DNA of 64,000 nt from an uncultured Alphaproteobacteria bacterium (GCA_963715715.1 OY970269.1:1688797-1752796); one strand, 5' to 3'. Positions 19,935 to 30,093 are shown, numbered from the stretch's first letter. Translations and numbers: made by a program. The notes: a model not told the origin generated them from the letters alone.

Positions 19935-20469
19935 CTATTTAAGGCCGCCGAGGAAGTTATCGATTTCCTTCCTCGCCTGAACGTTATCGTAGCCATATAA
20001 CTCCCGCAGCTTGCCCTCGAGCATTTCGCGGTTGCCATTGATCTGGGCCAGATTGTCGCTCGTTAACTTGCCCCACTTCTCGGTGATCTTTCCGGCGAAC
20101 TGCGTCCAGTTACCCTGGATAGCGTCCCAGTTCGCGCCGCTTTGAGCCTTGGCGATCACGGCTTCGAGCGGCTGCAGAGCCTCTTTGGCGAGGTTGGAAT
20201 AGAGCTCGCTGATTTTCGTCACATACTCGACGAAGTGCGCATAGGCGGCCTTGGCATATTCCGATTGTAGCTGAATGGCTGAACTCGAGCGACTTGACGC
20301 CGAGCAGCCGCTCAAAAAAAGCAGTGCCTCCTTCCAGCGATTTTTTCGAGTATTCGGTCGTTTCGGCTGCGATCGTCTGCAGGCTCTTGGCGAAAGACTG
20401 AGACGTCACGGCCACCGACTCGAGTTGCGTCTTGCTAAATGTTTGAACCGCCTCCGAATTACCGGCCAT
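19935..20469 (-). CDS. Phasin (Phasin_2)-CsbD fusion protein (one apparent +1 indel near 20285)
   Basis: Phasin-like QTIAAETTEYSKKSLE...KSLESAIQLQSEYAK in frame with NWDAIQGNWTQFAGKITEKWGKLT (CsbD); RBS AGGAGG. Confidence 0.75.
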
Positions 20470-20524
20470 TTCGGCCTCCTCTTTTGGGGTTGAACCGAGC
20501 CAATGCTTGGCTATAATTAGATTG

Positions 20525-20586
20525 TGCAACGCAACAACTATCAGTCCTAAAAGTCATGGCTATGACAAGCTGTGTGTTGCATTGCG
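20525..20586. promoter_or_regulatory. Candidate PhaR operator sites upstream of the phasin gene
   Basis: TGCAACGCA (20525-20533) and TGCATTGCG (20578-20586) fit TGC-N3-GCA. Confidence 0.5.
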
Positions 20587-20693
20587 CCGCGGATTTCTGC
20601 GGCTGTCGTCGAACGACGTCGCCCGCGGCTATGACGCCCAAACAGCCAAAGCGGCTCCCCCTTTCGGGTCCGATGCTCTAAATTCCCTGCGCC

Positions 20694-22259
20694 ATGTCTG
20701 AGACCGCCACCAACGCGCCGGAACTCACCGTTTCGGAACTCTCGAACGCCCTGAAGCGCACCATCGAGGATCGTTTCGGCTTCGTGCGTCTGCGCGGCGA
20801 AATCTCCAACTACCGCGGTCCGCATTCCTCCGGCCACGCTTATTTCTGTCTGAAGGACGCCGGCGCGCGCATCGACGCCGTGATCTGGAAGAGCGCGCTG
20901 GCGCGCCTGCGGGTCAAGCCCGAGGAAGGCCTTGAGGTTATCGCCACCGGCAAGATCACGACCTATCCCGGCAAATCCACCTATCAGATCATCGTCGAAT
21001 CGATCGAGCCCGCCGGCGTCGGCGCCCTCATGGCGCTGTTCGAGGAGCGCCGCCGCCGCCTCGCCGCGGAGGGCCTCTTTGACGAGGCGCGCAAGCGCGC
21101 CATCCCCTTTTTGCCCGTGCGCATCGGCGTCATCACCTCGCCGACCGGCGCCGTCATCCGCGACATCCTGCATCGGCTCGCCGAACGCTTTCCGCGGCAT
21201 GTGCTGGTCTGGCCGGTGCGGGTTCAGGGCGAGACCTCGGCAGCCGAGCTCGCCGCCGCCATCACCGGCTTCAGCGCGCTGCCGCTAGAAGGTCCGCTGG
21301 CGAGGCCTGACGTGCTCATCGTCGCGCGCGGCGGCGGCTCGCTCGAAGACCTCTGGAGCTTCAACGAGGAGATTGTCGTCCGCGCGGCGGCGGCGAGCCT
21401 CATCCCGCTGATCTCGGCGGTCGGCCATGAAACCGACTGGACATTGATCGACCACGCCGCGGATCTCCGCGCGCCGACGCCGACCGGCGCCGCCGAAAAG
21501 GCAGTGCCGGTGCGGCTCGATCTCCTCGCCAGCCTCGCCGATCTCGGCCGCCGCCATGCCGGCGCCATGCTGCGCCTGATCGAGCGCCGCCGGTCTGACG
21601 CGCGCGCGCTGTTCCGCGCGCTGCCCGGCCCCGAAGACATCCTCGCCCTGCCCCGCCAGCGCATCGACGTCGCCGCCCGCCATCTGGGCAACGCCATTCA
21701 GCGCCGGCAGGACGGCAGCCGCATCGCTTTGGCGCGCGCAGCGCAGCGCCTCTCGCGGCAGTCTCCCCAGGCAAGGTTGGGCCGCGCATCGGAAAGGCTG
21801 CACGCCTGCGAAGCGCGCATGAAGCGCGCCCTCTTCACCGCCGCCGAACGGCGCGGCGAGAGGATCGCGGGCCTCGGCCGCCGCCTCGTCAATGCGCGGC
21901 TCGTCCACGTCCGCATGGAGCGCGAGCGCATCGCAACCTGCCGGCATCGCCTCGAAGTCCTCGACGCGCGCATGCGGCAGGCCGCGCGGGCGGAGATCGC
22001 ATCGCGCCGCGCGGGCCTGCGCGGTCTCGATCAGCTGCTCGCCAGCCTTGGCTACAAAAACGTGCTCGCGCGCGGCTTCGCCCTGGTGCGCGACGCCGAC
22101 GACAAGCCCATTCGGCGGGCAGCGGAAGTGATCGACGGCGAGCGTCTCGACATCGAATTCGCCGACGGCCGGAGGAGCGCGATCGCCGGCGCCGCCGAGA
22201 CGAAGAAGCCATCTCCCAAAAGGGCTCTGAAAAAGCGCGAACAGGGCTCGCTGTTTTAG
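20694..22259 (+). CDS. xseA: Exodeoxyribonuclease VII large subunit
   Basis: VRLRGEISN, SGHAYF, GVITSPTGAVIRD, RGGGSLEDLWSFNEE, GHETD, TPTGAAE. Confidence 0.96.
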   Translation: MSETATNAPELTVSELSNALKRTIEDRFGFVRLRGEISNYRGPHSSGHAYFCLKDAGARIDAVIWKSALARLRVKPEEGLEVIATGKITTYPGKSTYQIIVESIEPAGVGALMALFEERRRRLAAEGLFDEARKRAIPFLPVRIGVITSPTGAVIRDILHRLAERFPRHVLVWPVRVQGETSAAELAAAITGFSALPLEGPLARPDVLIVARGGGSLEDLWSFNEEIVVRAAAASLIPLISAVGHETDWTLIDHAADLRAPTPTGAAEKAVPVRLDLLASLADLGRRHAGAMLRLIERRRSDARALFRALPGPEDILALPRQRIDVAARHLGNAIQRRQDGSRIALARAAQRLSRQSPQARLGRASERLHACEARMKRALFTAAERRGERIAGLGRRLVNARLVHVRMERERIATCRHRLEVLDARMRQAARAEIASRRAGLRGLDQLLASLGYKNVLARGFALVRDADDKPIRRAAEVIDGERLDIEFADGRRSAIAGAAETKKPSPKRALKKREQGSLF

Positions 22260-22297
22260 GCTTCGATCAGAGAGCGCAGCGTCTCATGGAGGGTTTC

Positions 22298-22807
22298 ATG
22301 CCGGTCACCCAACCGCCCGATCCGTACCAAAACTTCAAGTTTCGCCTGAAGTGGGACGGTCGCTACGTCGCCGGCGTCTCGAAGGTTAGCGCGCTGAAGC
22401 GAACGACCGAGGTCGTGGAGCATCGCGAGGGTAGCGATCCGTCGACATCGCGCAAATCGCCCGGCCGTACGCAATACGAATCGATTACGCTGGAGCGCGG
22501 CGTCACCGAGGACGCCGCATTCGAGCAATGGGCGAACAAGGTGTGGACGCTCGGCGCGGCGCTCGGCTCCGAAGTGTCGCTCGCCGATTTTCGCAAGGAT
22601 ATATTTCTCGAACTCTACAATGACGCGGGGCAGCTCGTGCGCGCCTACAAGATTTACCAGTGCTGGCCGTCGGCGTTTCAGGCGCTGCCCGATCTCGACG
22701 CCGACGGCGGCGCCGTCGCCATAGAGGCGCTGGTGCTTGAGAATGAGGGCTGGGAGCGAGATGCTTCGGTCGTCCCGCCGCCGCCGCCCAGCTTCGACAC
22801 GCCTTAG
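22298..22807 (+). CDS. Phage-tail-like tube protein (T4 gp19 / Afp1-Pvc1 family of contractile injection systems)
   Basis: DPYQNFKFRL, KSPGRTQYESITLERGV, FRKDIFLELYN, CWPS, VAIEALVLENEG; RBS GGAGGG. Confidence 0.85.
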   Translation: MPVTQPPDPYQNFKFRLKWDGRYVAGVSKVSALKRTTEVVEHREGSDPSTSRKSPGRTQYESITLERGVTEDAAFEQWANKVWTLGAALGSEVSLADFRKDIFLELYNDAGQLVRAYKIYQCWPSAFQALPDLDADGGAVAIEALVLENEGWERDASVVPPPPPSFDTP

Positions 22808-22824
22808 GTCAGGGACTCGAAAAC

Positions 22825-23332
22825 ATGAGCGGCCAACATTACGGCAAATATCGCGGCACGGTGTTGAACAATGTCGATCCCATCGGCCGTGGCCGCATAC
22901 AGGCCGAAGTCGCCGACGTGGGCATGCTTCCAGGCGCATGGGCCGAGGCCTGCGCGCCGCTCGCCGGCGTGCAAAGCGGAGTTCTGGCTCGTGCCGCAGA
23001 TCGGCGCCGGCGTCTGGATAGAGTTCGAGCGCGGCGATCCCGATTATCCGATCTGGTCCGGCTGCCGCTGGGCCTCCGCGGCAGACGTTCCCACACTCGC
23101 GGCGGCCGGTTCGGCGCCAAGCGCGGCGATCGTGCTGCAGACGCCGGGCGGGGCGGCTTTGATGCTGTCCGACGCACCGGGCGCCACGGGCGGCATCCTG
23201 CTGCAAACCGCGGACGGCGCAATGATCTCGATCAGCGACGCCGGCATCTCGATCGCCAACGGCAAAGGCGCCGTCATCGCGCTGATTGGCCCGACGGTCG
23301 ACGTCAACAACGGCGCCTGGACGGTCGCCTGA
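22825..23332 (+). CDS. Baseplate assembly protein V / short gp5-VgrG-like spike (one apparent indel near 22985)
   Basis: YGKYRGTVLNNVDPIGRGRIQAEV, W(L)VPQIGAGVWIEFERGDPDYPIWSG OB-fold motifs, followed by beta-helix-like repeats ending VDVNNGA. Confidence 0.8.
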
Positions 23333-23383
23333 ACTTGAAATGACGGACGCCATATCAAATGATGGACGTCATAGGGCTGTCGT

Positions 23384-24223
23384 TCAGGCGAAGACGAGCG
23401 GCATCGGCTCAAGGCTCACCGCGTCGATACCAAACCGGCGCAGGGCCGCGCGCAGCTTTGCGCCCGGCATTTCCGAACCCGTGAAGACCGCCTGCGCCAA
23501 TCGTACCTGATCGCCTCCGCGACCGGTGGGAAAGCCAATCTGGTCGCTCAAAACCCGATCGGTCCGCCGCGCGATGGCCGGCGCGGGGTCGATCCATGCC
23601 ACCGGCCAGGGCGCGAGGCGCTTCAATTGGTCGATCAGCAATGGATAATGCGTGCAGGCGAGAACAATGCAGTCGGTCCGGCGGCCGTCCGATTCGACGA
23701 ACGCGGCGCCTGTTTCACGTGAAACACCCTCATCCGCCGGCGCCGCGCCCTGCATGAAATCCTCGGCGAGACTCGCCAGCCGGGTCGAGCCGACCAGCGT
23801 CACGCTGCAATCGGCGGCGTAGGCGCGCACGAGATCGCGGGTATAATCGCGTGCAACCGTTCCGGGCGTCGCCAGCACCGAGATCATCTTTGTGTGCGAT
23901 TGAATTGCGGCCGGTTTAATTGCGGGCACGGTGCCAACGAAGGGCAGCTTCGGAAACGCCGCGCGCAGATGCGGCAAAACCAGTGTCGAAGCCGTATTGC
24001 AGGCGATCACGGCGATGTCGGGCGCATGCTTCTCGATCAGCCGCTCGATGACCGATAGCACGCGCGGGGCGAGCGCGGTCTCCGGCAGGGCGCCATAGGG
24101 AAAGCCCGCCCCGTCGGCGGCGTAGACGAATTCCGCGTCCGGCCGCAGCCGCGCCACTTCGGCGAAGACGGTGAGCCCGCCAAGCCCCGAGTCGAACACG
24201 AGAATTTTCGGCGCACGCGACAT
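23384..24223 (-). CDS. murI: Glutamate racemase
   Basis: FDSGLGGLTV, FPYG, IACNTAS, LACTHYP. Confidence 0.96.
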   Translation of the reverse strand: MSRAPKILVFDSGLGGLTVFAEVARLRPDAEFVYAADGAGFPYGALPETALAPRVLSVIERLIEKHAPDIAVIACNTASTLVLPHLRAAFPKLPFVGTVPAIKPAAIQSHTKMISVLATPGTVARDYTRDLVRAYAADCSVTLVGSTRLASLAEDFMQGAAPADEGVSRETGAAFVESDGRRTDCIVLACTHYPLLIDQLKRLAPWPVAWIDPAPAIARRTDRVLSDQIGFPTGRGGDQVRLAQAVFTGSEMPGAKLRAALRRFGIDAVSLEPMPLVFA

Positions 24224-24325
24224 GGAGGGAACCGCAGCGAGGTCTTTGCACTTTCCTAACCGGTTTCGGCCGCGGGATCACCCGCAAATGAGCCGCGCCC
24301 GGACGAGGCAAGCGCGCGCGAATGC

Positions 24326-24340
24326 TTAACGAACCCTTGA
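24326..24340. promoter_or_regulatory. CtrA-like box upstream of murI
   Basis: TTAA-CGAACCC-TTGA, one mismatch from TTAA-N7-TTAA. Confidence 0.35.
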
Positions 24341-24411
24341 TCGGGGACAAACAAGACCCAAAGATGGCGGCGGCCTGGAGTCGCTTCGCCCTCCCCGCTT
24401 GGCGAGGTCCC

Positions 24412-25245
24412 TCAGCTCCTCTCGTCGTCGACCGATTGAGGCTCGGCTTCAGGCGCGGCCTTTTTGTCCCGCGGCCCCTCGACGAGGCGCACGAACATGC
24501 CGCGCAGCGTGCTGATGTCCTGTTCGCTCAGAGCTAGGCGGTGGAAGATATTGCGGAGGTTGCGCCGCATCATGGGGGCCTTGCCGATTGGGCGAAAAAA
24601 GCCCGTGCGCTCAAGCTCCCCCTCGAGATAATCGAAGAAAGACAGCACCATTTCGCGCGGCGCCGGCGGCGAGCCGGGATCCGCCGCGAAGGGCGCCTGC
24701 GCCGCCCCGCCGGCGCGAAAGAACTCGTAGCCGACCAGCAGCACGGCCTGCGCCAGATTGAGCGAGGCATAGGCCGGATTGACCGGAAAGGTCAGTATGA
24801 CGTCGGCGAGCGCGACTTCATCATTCGAAAGGCCTGTGCGCTCCGGACCGAACAGAACGCCGCGCTTCTGCCCCGCCGCGATGGCGCGCGCGGCTTCCGG
24901 CATGGCCTCGGCGGGCGTCACGATCGGCTTGAACTGGCCGCGCTCCCGCGCCGTCGTCGCGTAGACGAAATTTAAGTCCGCGACGGCCTCCGCCAGCGAA
25001 TCGTACAGCTTTGCGGCTTCAAGCAGGTGGACAGCGCCCGCCGCTGCGGCGTTGGCGCCCTTTTTCAGCGCCCCGGTGCGCGGCCAGCCCTCGCGCGGCG
25101 ACACGAGGCGCAAATCCGAGAGGCCGAAATTCGCCATCGCCCGCGCGCAACTGCCGATGTTCACGGCGAGCTGCGGGCGCACCAGAATGATCGCCGGTCC
25201 GCCGGTCAGGCTCGTTTTTGTATGGTCGGTTCCGGCGCCGGTCAT
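24412..25245 (-). CDS. trmJ: TrmJ/TrmH family SPOUT RNA methyltransferase
   Basis: PQLAVNIGSCARAMANFG, FGPERTGL, SLNLAQAV. Confidence 0.9.
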   Translation of the reverse strand: MTGAGTDHTKTSLTGGPAIILVRPQLAVNIGSCARAMANFGLSDLRLVSPREGWPRTGALKKGANAAAAGAVHLLEAAKLYDSLAEAVADLNFVYATTARERGQFKPIVTPAEAMPEAARAIAAGQKRGVLFGPERTGLSNDEVALADVILTFPVNPAYASLNLAQAVLLVGYEFFRAGGAAQAPFAADPGSPPAPREMVLSFFDYLEGELERTGFFRPIGKAPMMRRNLRNIFHRLALSEQDISTLRGMFVRLVEGPRDKKAAPEAEPQSVDDERS

Positions 25246-25444
25246 GGATTCGCTTGCGATTTGAGTGGGCGGTGGCGAGAGATAGCCGGCATGCCCGAAA
25301 TATCGCGCCCTCGCAACCGCGCGCCGGTTTCGGAGGCGTCGGCGCGACCCCAAAGGACGATCTACCCGTTGAGGCTTCAAAAGCCTATGATGCTTTTTGG
25401 CGGATCGGCCCGGTGGCCGCGACGCCCGATTCAATGAGGACGTC

Positions 25445-25735
25445 ATGTCGAACCAGAGTCTTGTCATCATTCTGCTGGTCGGCCTGATCGCCGGATGGCT
25501 GGCCGGCCAGATCATGCAGGGCGCGGGCCTCGGACTCGTCGGCGACCTCGTGGTCGGCATCCTCGGCGCCTTCATTGGCGACTGGCTGCTGCCGCGAATT
25601 GGCGTTCACCTCGGTACGGGTCCTCTCTCCGCAATCGTCAACGCCACCATCGGCGCGCTTGTGCTGCTGCTGGCGCTCAGGCTCATCCGCGGCGGAGGCG
25701 GCGGATGGAGGAGCCGTTGGGGCGGACGTTGGTAG
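25445..25735 (+). CDS. GlsB/YeaQ/YmgE (transglycosylase-associated) membrane protein
   Basis: GLIAGWLAGQIM..G.GLVGDLVVGILGAFIG pattern; RBS GAGGA. Confidence 0.88.
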   Translation: MSNQSLVIILLVGLIAGWLAGQIMQGAGLGLVGDLVVGILGAFIGDWLLPRIGVHLGTGPLSAIVNATIGALVLLLALRLIRGGGGGWRSRWGGRW

Positions 25736-25787
25736 TGATCAGCGTCGCGCGGAACGCCAGGGCCGTGACCATGATGAGGAGGCGAGC

Positions 25788-26438
25788 ATGACCTGCATCA
25801 AAGCGAAACGTTTTTGCGCGCTCGCGACGGGAGCCTTGGTCTTCGCCGCAGCGCCCGCGGCGGCCCAGACGCCTCGAGCCGCCGCCGCCACGGCTCAAGC
25901 CGCGCCTGCCCAAGCCGCCGTGGCCGCCATCGCCCCCGCCGGAGCCGCCCAGGCGCCTACTACCACAATGCTGGACGACCTTGAAAGCTCTGCGGACTTT
26001 GTGGGGGACGCCTTTCCCGACGTTCATTTTCTCAACCAGGCAAGCCGCATGGCGATCGCTCACGCGACGGACGAAAAAGTCCGCGATTTCGCGCTGAGGG
26101 TCGCGCGGGACGAGACGACCACCGGCCTTTCCCTGATGCAATGGGTCCATGCGCCCAGACATAGGGAAGCCGGCCAATCCGCCGACGCCGCCCTCGCCGC
26201 GCCGTTCGAGACGCCACGCATGCAGCCGTCACAGCTCAACATTCTGCAGCGCCTGTCCAGCCTGCAGGGCCGCGACTTCGACGTTTTCTATGTCTCGGCT
26301 GAAAAGGAGTGCCTGCAGCATCTTGAAGCCATCTATGAGGATTTTGTCCAGAACGGCGCCGACCCCGGCCTGCACGCGATGGCGGCGAAGGAGCTCTCCG
26401 AGGTGAAGCAACTGATCCTCGCGGCGGGCGGCCTATAG
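25788..26438 (+). CDS. DUF4142 domain protein with signal peptide and Ala-rich linker
   Basis: ASRMAI...KVRDFA, LSSLQGRDFD.FY, LHAMAAKEL ferritin-like DUF4142 pattern. Confidence 0.7.
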   Translation: MTCIKAKRFCALATGALVFAAAPAAAQTPRAAAATAQAAPAQAAVAAIAPAGAAQAPTTTMLDDLESSADFVGDAFPDVHFLNQASRMAIAHATDEKVRDFALRVARDETTTGLSLMQWVHAPRHREAGQSADAALAAPFETPRMQPSQLNILQRLSSLQGRDFDVFYVSAEKECLQHLEAIYEDFVQNGADPGLHAMAAKELSEVKQLILAAGGL

Positions 26439-26465
26439 ACGCTTCGCAAAGCGATCACGGCGCCT

Positions 26466-27344
26466 TCAGGGCGACGCGCCCGGCGGAAGAAAGTCAGCGA
26501 GCGCAACGCGCAGTTCGTAGGACTTTTCGGCGATCGTGCGTTCGAGAACCGCAACGACGCCAGCCGAGGCTCGTTCAGCGGCGGGGATAAGATCGCAGCC
26601 TGTGACGAGATAGGCGACGAGCAGCCCGGCGAAGAGATCGCCCGCGCCATAGGGCTTTATCGGCAGGCGCGCCGCCGCTATGCGGTGAAGGGCGCCCGCC
26701 TCGCAAACGATGGTTTCGATCGCGCCCTCGGGCGTATCGACGAGAACGCAACCGGTGACGACGAGGCGCCGCGGGCCATGCGCGCCAAGGCGCGCCACTG
26801 CGGCGCATAAGGCTTCGGCGCTACGCGCGGGAACGCCCGCGAGAAGCTCCAGCTCAAACAGGTTCGGCGTTGCGATCGAGGCTGCGGGGACCAGCCGGTC
26901 GCGGAAGCAGTCAACGACGCCCTCGGCGACGAAGACGCCCGGCTCCTCATCGCCGATGACGGGATCGCAGACGTAGAGCAGATCGGGATTTTGCGCTTTT
27001 GCGCGAGCTAGAAAGTCGGCGATGACGGCGCCGTTTTCGGCCGAGCCGAGATAGCCGGTGAGCACCGCGCCCGTCGCCTCGACAAGGCCGCGCTCTTCGA
27101 GTCCCTTCAAGAGATCCGCGACGAGGGCGGGCTCGAGCACGCGCCCGCGCAATGTCGGATAGATCGGATGATTCGACAGCAATGTCGTCGGCACGGCGGC
27201 GACCTCGACGCCCAGCGCCTGCATGGGAAAGAGGGCGGCGCTATTGCCGACATGGCCATGGACCACCTGGCTCTGGATCGCGATGACATGCGGCCCGCGC
27301 CCGATCGACCCTGGCGGCTCGGGCGTTGATTGAGGGCTCGCCAT
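26466..27344 (-). CDS. pdxY: Pyridoxal kinase
   Basis: IQSQVVHGHVGNSAA, LLSNH, TGYLGS, CDPVIGD, TPNLFELE, GAGDLF. Confidence 0.92.
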   Translation of the reverse strand: MASPQSTPEPPGSIGRGPHVIAIQSQVVHGHVGNSAALFPMQALGVEVAAVPTTLLSNHPIYPTLRGRVLEPALVADLLKGLEERGLVEATGAVLTGYLGSAENGAVIADFLARAKAQNPDLLYVCDPVIGDEEPGVFVAEGVVDCFRDRLVPAASIATPNLFELELLAGVPARSAEALCAAVARLGAHGPRRLVVTGCVLVDTPEGAIETIVCEAGALHRIAAARLPIKPYGAGDLFAGLLVAYLVTGCDLIPAAERASAGVVAVLERTIAEKSYELRVALADFLPPGASP

Positions 27345-27360
27345 TATGACCCGAGTAAAA

Positions 27361-27447
27361 TGGTGCGGGCGGTCGGAATCGAACCGACACTCTGTCGCCA
27401 GAACCGGATTTTGAGTCCGGCGCGTCTACCAGTTCCGCCACGCCCGC
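27361..27447 (-). tRNA. tRNA-Leu (anticodon CAA)
   Basis: GCGGGCGTGGCGGAACTGGTAGACGCG...CTCAAAA anticodon loop, long variable arm, GGTTCGATTCC T-arm, encoded CCA; 87 nt. Confidence 0.95.
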
Positions 27448-27538
27448 AAGACACGATCCCAGGAAGGCGAAGCCTTCCGGACCAGATCATGCCGCAACCA
27501 AAGAGGCTCGCCCCGCCGGGAAGGCCTGCCTCACTCCG

Positions 27539-28990
27539 TTAGCGGATTGCGCTTTTCCTCGCAACCTCGGGCGGACGCGCGGCCTCGCCCCATGCGCGGA
27601 TATCGACGAACCGGCCGGCGACGGCCGCCGCCGCCGCCATGGCCGGCGAGACGAGATGCGTGCGCCCGCGAAAACCCTGCCGGCCTTCGAAATTGCGGTT
27701 CGAGGTGGAGGCGCAGCGTTCGCCCGGCTCAAGCCGGTCGGGGTTCATGGCGAGGCACATCGAGCAGCCGGGCTCGCGCCACTCGAAGCCAGCCTCCTTG
27801 AAGATCGCGTCGAGACCCTCGGCCTCCGCCTGCTGTTTGACGAGGCCGGAGCCCGGCACGACCATGGCGGAAACCCGCGCGGCGACGCGGCGGCCCTCGA
27901 CCATCTTCGCGGCGGCGCGCAAATCCTCGATGCGGCCATTTGTGCAGGAGCCGATGAAGACGCGGTCGATTTCAATGTCGGTGATCTTCTCGCCGCCCTT
28001 CAGCCCCATATAGTCGAGCGCGCGCGCAATCGAGGCGCGCTTGGCTTCGCTGGCGCCGTCGGCGACGCGCGGGACCGTTCCGTTCACCAGCGCGACGTCC
28101 TCGGGGCTGGTGCCCCAGGTGACGATCGGCTCGATCTTGCCGGCGTCGAGCCGGATCTCCTTGTCGAAACGGGCGCCTTCGTCGGAATGGAGGCTCGCCC
28201 AATGCGCCATCGCCGCGTCCCACGCCGCGCCATTCGGCGCCATCGGGCGGCCCTTCAGATAGGCGAAAGTCTTCTCGTCGGGCGCGATCAGGCCCGCCCG
28301 CGCGCCGGCTTCGATCGTCATGTTGCAGACGGTCATGCGCCCCTCCATGGAGAGGGCGCGGATCGCCTCGCCGGCGTATTCGATGACATGGCCGGTGCCA
28401 CCGGCGGTGCCGATCTCGCCGATGATGGCGAGCACGATATCTTTCGCGCCAACCCCCTCCGGCAGCACGCCGTCGACGATGACGCGCATGTTCTTCGCCT
28501 TGGACTGGATCAGCGTCTGGGTGGCGAGCACGTGCTCCACTTCCGAGGTTCCGATGCCATGGGCGAGCGCGCCGAAGGCGCCATGCGTCGAGGTGTGGCT
28601 GTCGCCGCAGACGATCGTCGCGCCGGGCAGCGTGAAGCCCTGTTCGGGGCCGATGATGTGGACGATGCCCTGACGCAGGTCCCGCTCATGGAAATATTCG
28701 ATGCCGAACTCTTTCGCGTTGGTCGCCAACTGCTCGACCTGCACGCGGCTTTCAGGATCATGGATGCCCTGCGAACGATCGGTCGTCGGCACGTTGTGAT
28801 CGACGACGGCGAGGGTCTTGCCGGGCGCCCGGACCGGGCGCCCGCTCAGGCGCAGGCCTTCGAACGCCTGCGGGCTCGTCACCTCATGCACGAGGTGACG
28901 ATCGACATAAATGAGGCATGAACCATCTTCCGCCTGATGCACCAGATGGTCGTCCCAGATCTTGTCGTAAAGCGTACGCGGATGAGCCAT
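27539..28990 (-). CDS. leuC: 3-isopropylmalate dehydratase large subunit
   Basis: [50 protein letters not shown]. Confidence 0.97.
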   Translation of the reverse strand: MAHPRTLYDKIWDDHLVHQAEDGSCLIYVDRHLVHEVTSPQAFEGLRLSGRPVRAPGKTLAVVDHNVPTTDRSQGIHDPESRVQVEQLATNAKEFGIEYFHERDLRQGIVHIIGPEQGFTLPGATIVCGDSHTSTHGAFGALAHGIGTSEVEHVLATQTLIQSKAKNMRVIVDGVLPEGVGAKDIVLAIIGEIGTAGGTGHVIEYAGEAIRALSMEGRMTVCNMTIEAGARAGLIAPDEKTFAYLKGRPMAPNGAAWDAAMAHWASLHSDEGARFDKEIRLDAGKIEPIVTWGTSPEDVALVNGTVPRVADGASEAKRASIARALDYMGLKGGEKITDIEIDRVFIGSCTNGRIEDLRAAAKMVEGRRVAARVSAMVVPGSGLVKQQAEAEGLDAIFKEAGFEWREPGCSMCLAMNPDRLEPGERCASTSNRNFEGRQGFRGRTHLVSPAMAAAAAVAGRFVDIRAWGEAARPPEVARKSAIR

Positions 28991-29122
28991 TTCTGCCGGA
29001 CCTTGATCGCGCCCGATGCGCGTTTTCTGGAAAAAAAGGGCTGGAATCAGAGTTTCTTACTCGCAGAATCTGCTATGGGGAAGTACTTGTTCCCGATCCC
29101 TCATATAAGTGCGGAGCCGCCC

Positions 29123-29521
29123 ATGCGCCCGTCTGTTGCGCCCTATTTGACGGTTTCACCCGCGCTGGCGGCGATCGCCTATTACACGACCGTGTTCGGC
29201 GCGCAGCAAAAAACCATCGTGCCCGCCTTCGACGGCCTGCGCATCATGCATTGCGAGCTTTTGATCAACGGCGGCTCGGTGATGCTCGCCGATGCCTTTC
29301 CTGAGCTCGGCTATACGCGCATGTCGGTGCCAGGCGAACTCGTCACCACCTCCGTCAGCCTCGAATATCCGACCGCGCAGGAGGTCGACGATGTTTTCGC
29401 CAAGGCGACCGGCCTTGGCGGCAAGGCGGAGACCAGTCCAACGAAATCCTTCTGGGGCACACGGTTCGCGACTTTTCGCGATCCGTTCGGCCATCGCTGG
29501 ATCCTGAACGGACCGCTCTAG
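29123..29521 (+). CDS. VOC/glyoxalase family protein (PhnB-like)
   Basis: VAPYLTV, AIAYYTTVFGA, IMHCEL.ING, FWG.R....RDPFGHRW. Confidence 0.85.
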   Translation: MRPSVAPYLTVSPALAAIAYYTTVFGAQQKTIVPAFDGLRIMHCELLINGGSVMLADAFPELGYTRMSVPGELVTTSVSLEYPTAQEVDDVFAKATGLGGKAETSPTKSFWGTRFATFRDPFGHRWILNGPL

Positions 29522-29634
29522 ATCACCACGATTTTGTATCGAATCGATCCAAAATCATGAACGTGATCGATTCCAATAGTTTAGAGCGGGATGCGGGCGG
29601 AAAAGTGCTTACGCTTTTCCTCATCCCGCTCTAG
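29518..29634. repeat. CTAG-bounded palindromic intergenic repeat (RIME/MITE-like), copy 1
   Basis: CTAG at both ends; module A hairpin GATTTTG.ATCGA/TCGAT.CAAAATC; module B hairpin TAGAGCGGGATG...CATCCCGCTCTA. Confidence 0.75.
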
Positions 29635-29649
29635 GGAACGCGCGAAATC

Positions 29650-30093
29650 CTATTCGGCGGCGGGCGGAGCGGCTTTCTTGGCCTTGCCGGCGGCCTTGGT
29701 TTCCTTCTTCTCCGCCTCGCGCGCCGCCTTGGCGGCCGGCGATTCCATCTTTTCGGCGATGCGGGCCGATTTGCCGCGGCGATCGCGCAGATAATAGAGC
29801 TTGGCGCGGCGCACCTTGCCGCGCCGGATCACCTTGATGGAATCGATGTTCGGCGAATAGATCGGGAAGACGCGCTCGACGCCTTCGCCATAGGAAATCT
29901 TGCGGACGGTGAAGCTTTCGTTGAGGCCGCCGCCGGTGCGGGCGATGCAGACGCCTTCATAAGCCTGCACGCGGGTGCGCTCGCCTTCCTTCACCTTGAC
30001 GTTGACGACGACGGTGTCGCCCGGCTGGAATTCCGGGATCGTCTTGCCGAGTTTGGCGATCTGCTCGGCCTCGAGTTCCGCGATGATGTTCAT
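29650..30093 (-). CDS. rplS: 50S ribosomal protein L19
   Basis: [48 protein letters not shown]. Confidence 0.97.
   Translation of the reverse strand: MNIIAELEAEQIAKLGKTIPEFQPGDTVVVNVKVKEGERTRVQAYEGVCIARTGGGLNESFTVRKISYGEGVERVFPIYSPNIDSIKVIRRGKVRRAKLYYLRDRRGKSARIAEKMESPAAKAAREAEKKETKAAGKAKKAAPPAAE

Noticed and set aside
22298-23332. Prophage interpretation of the tail-like genes
   Set aside because: No integrase, terminase, capsid, portal, lysis genes or att repeats; both proteins are of the eCIS type.
27361-27447. tRNA-Leu as the integration site of a genomic island
   Set aside because: No duplicated tRNA 3' end and no integrase seen in the window; flanking genes are housekeeping.
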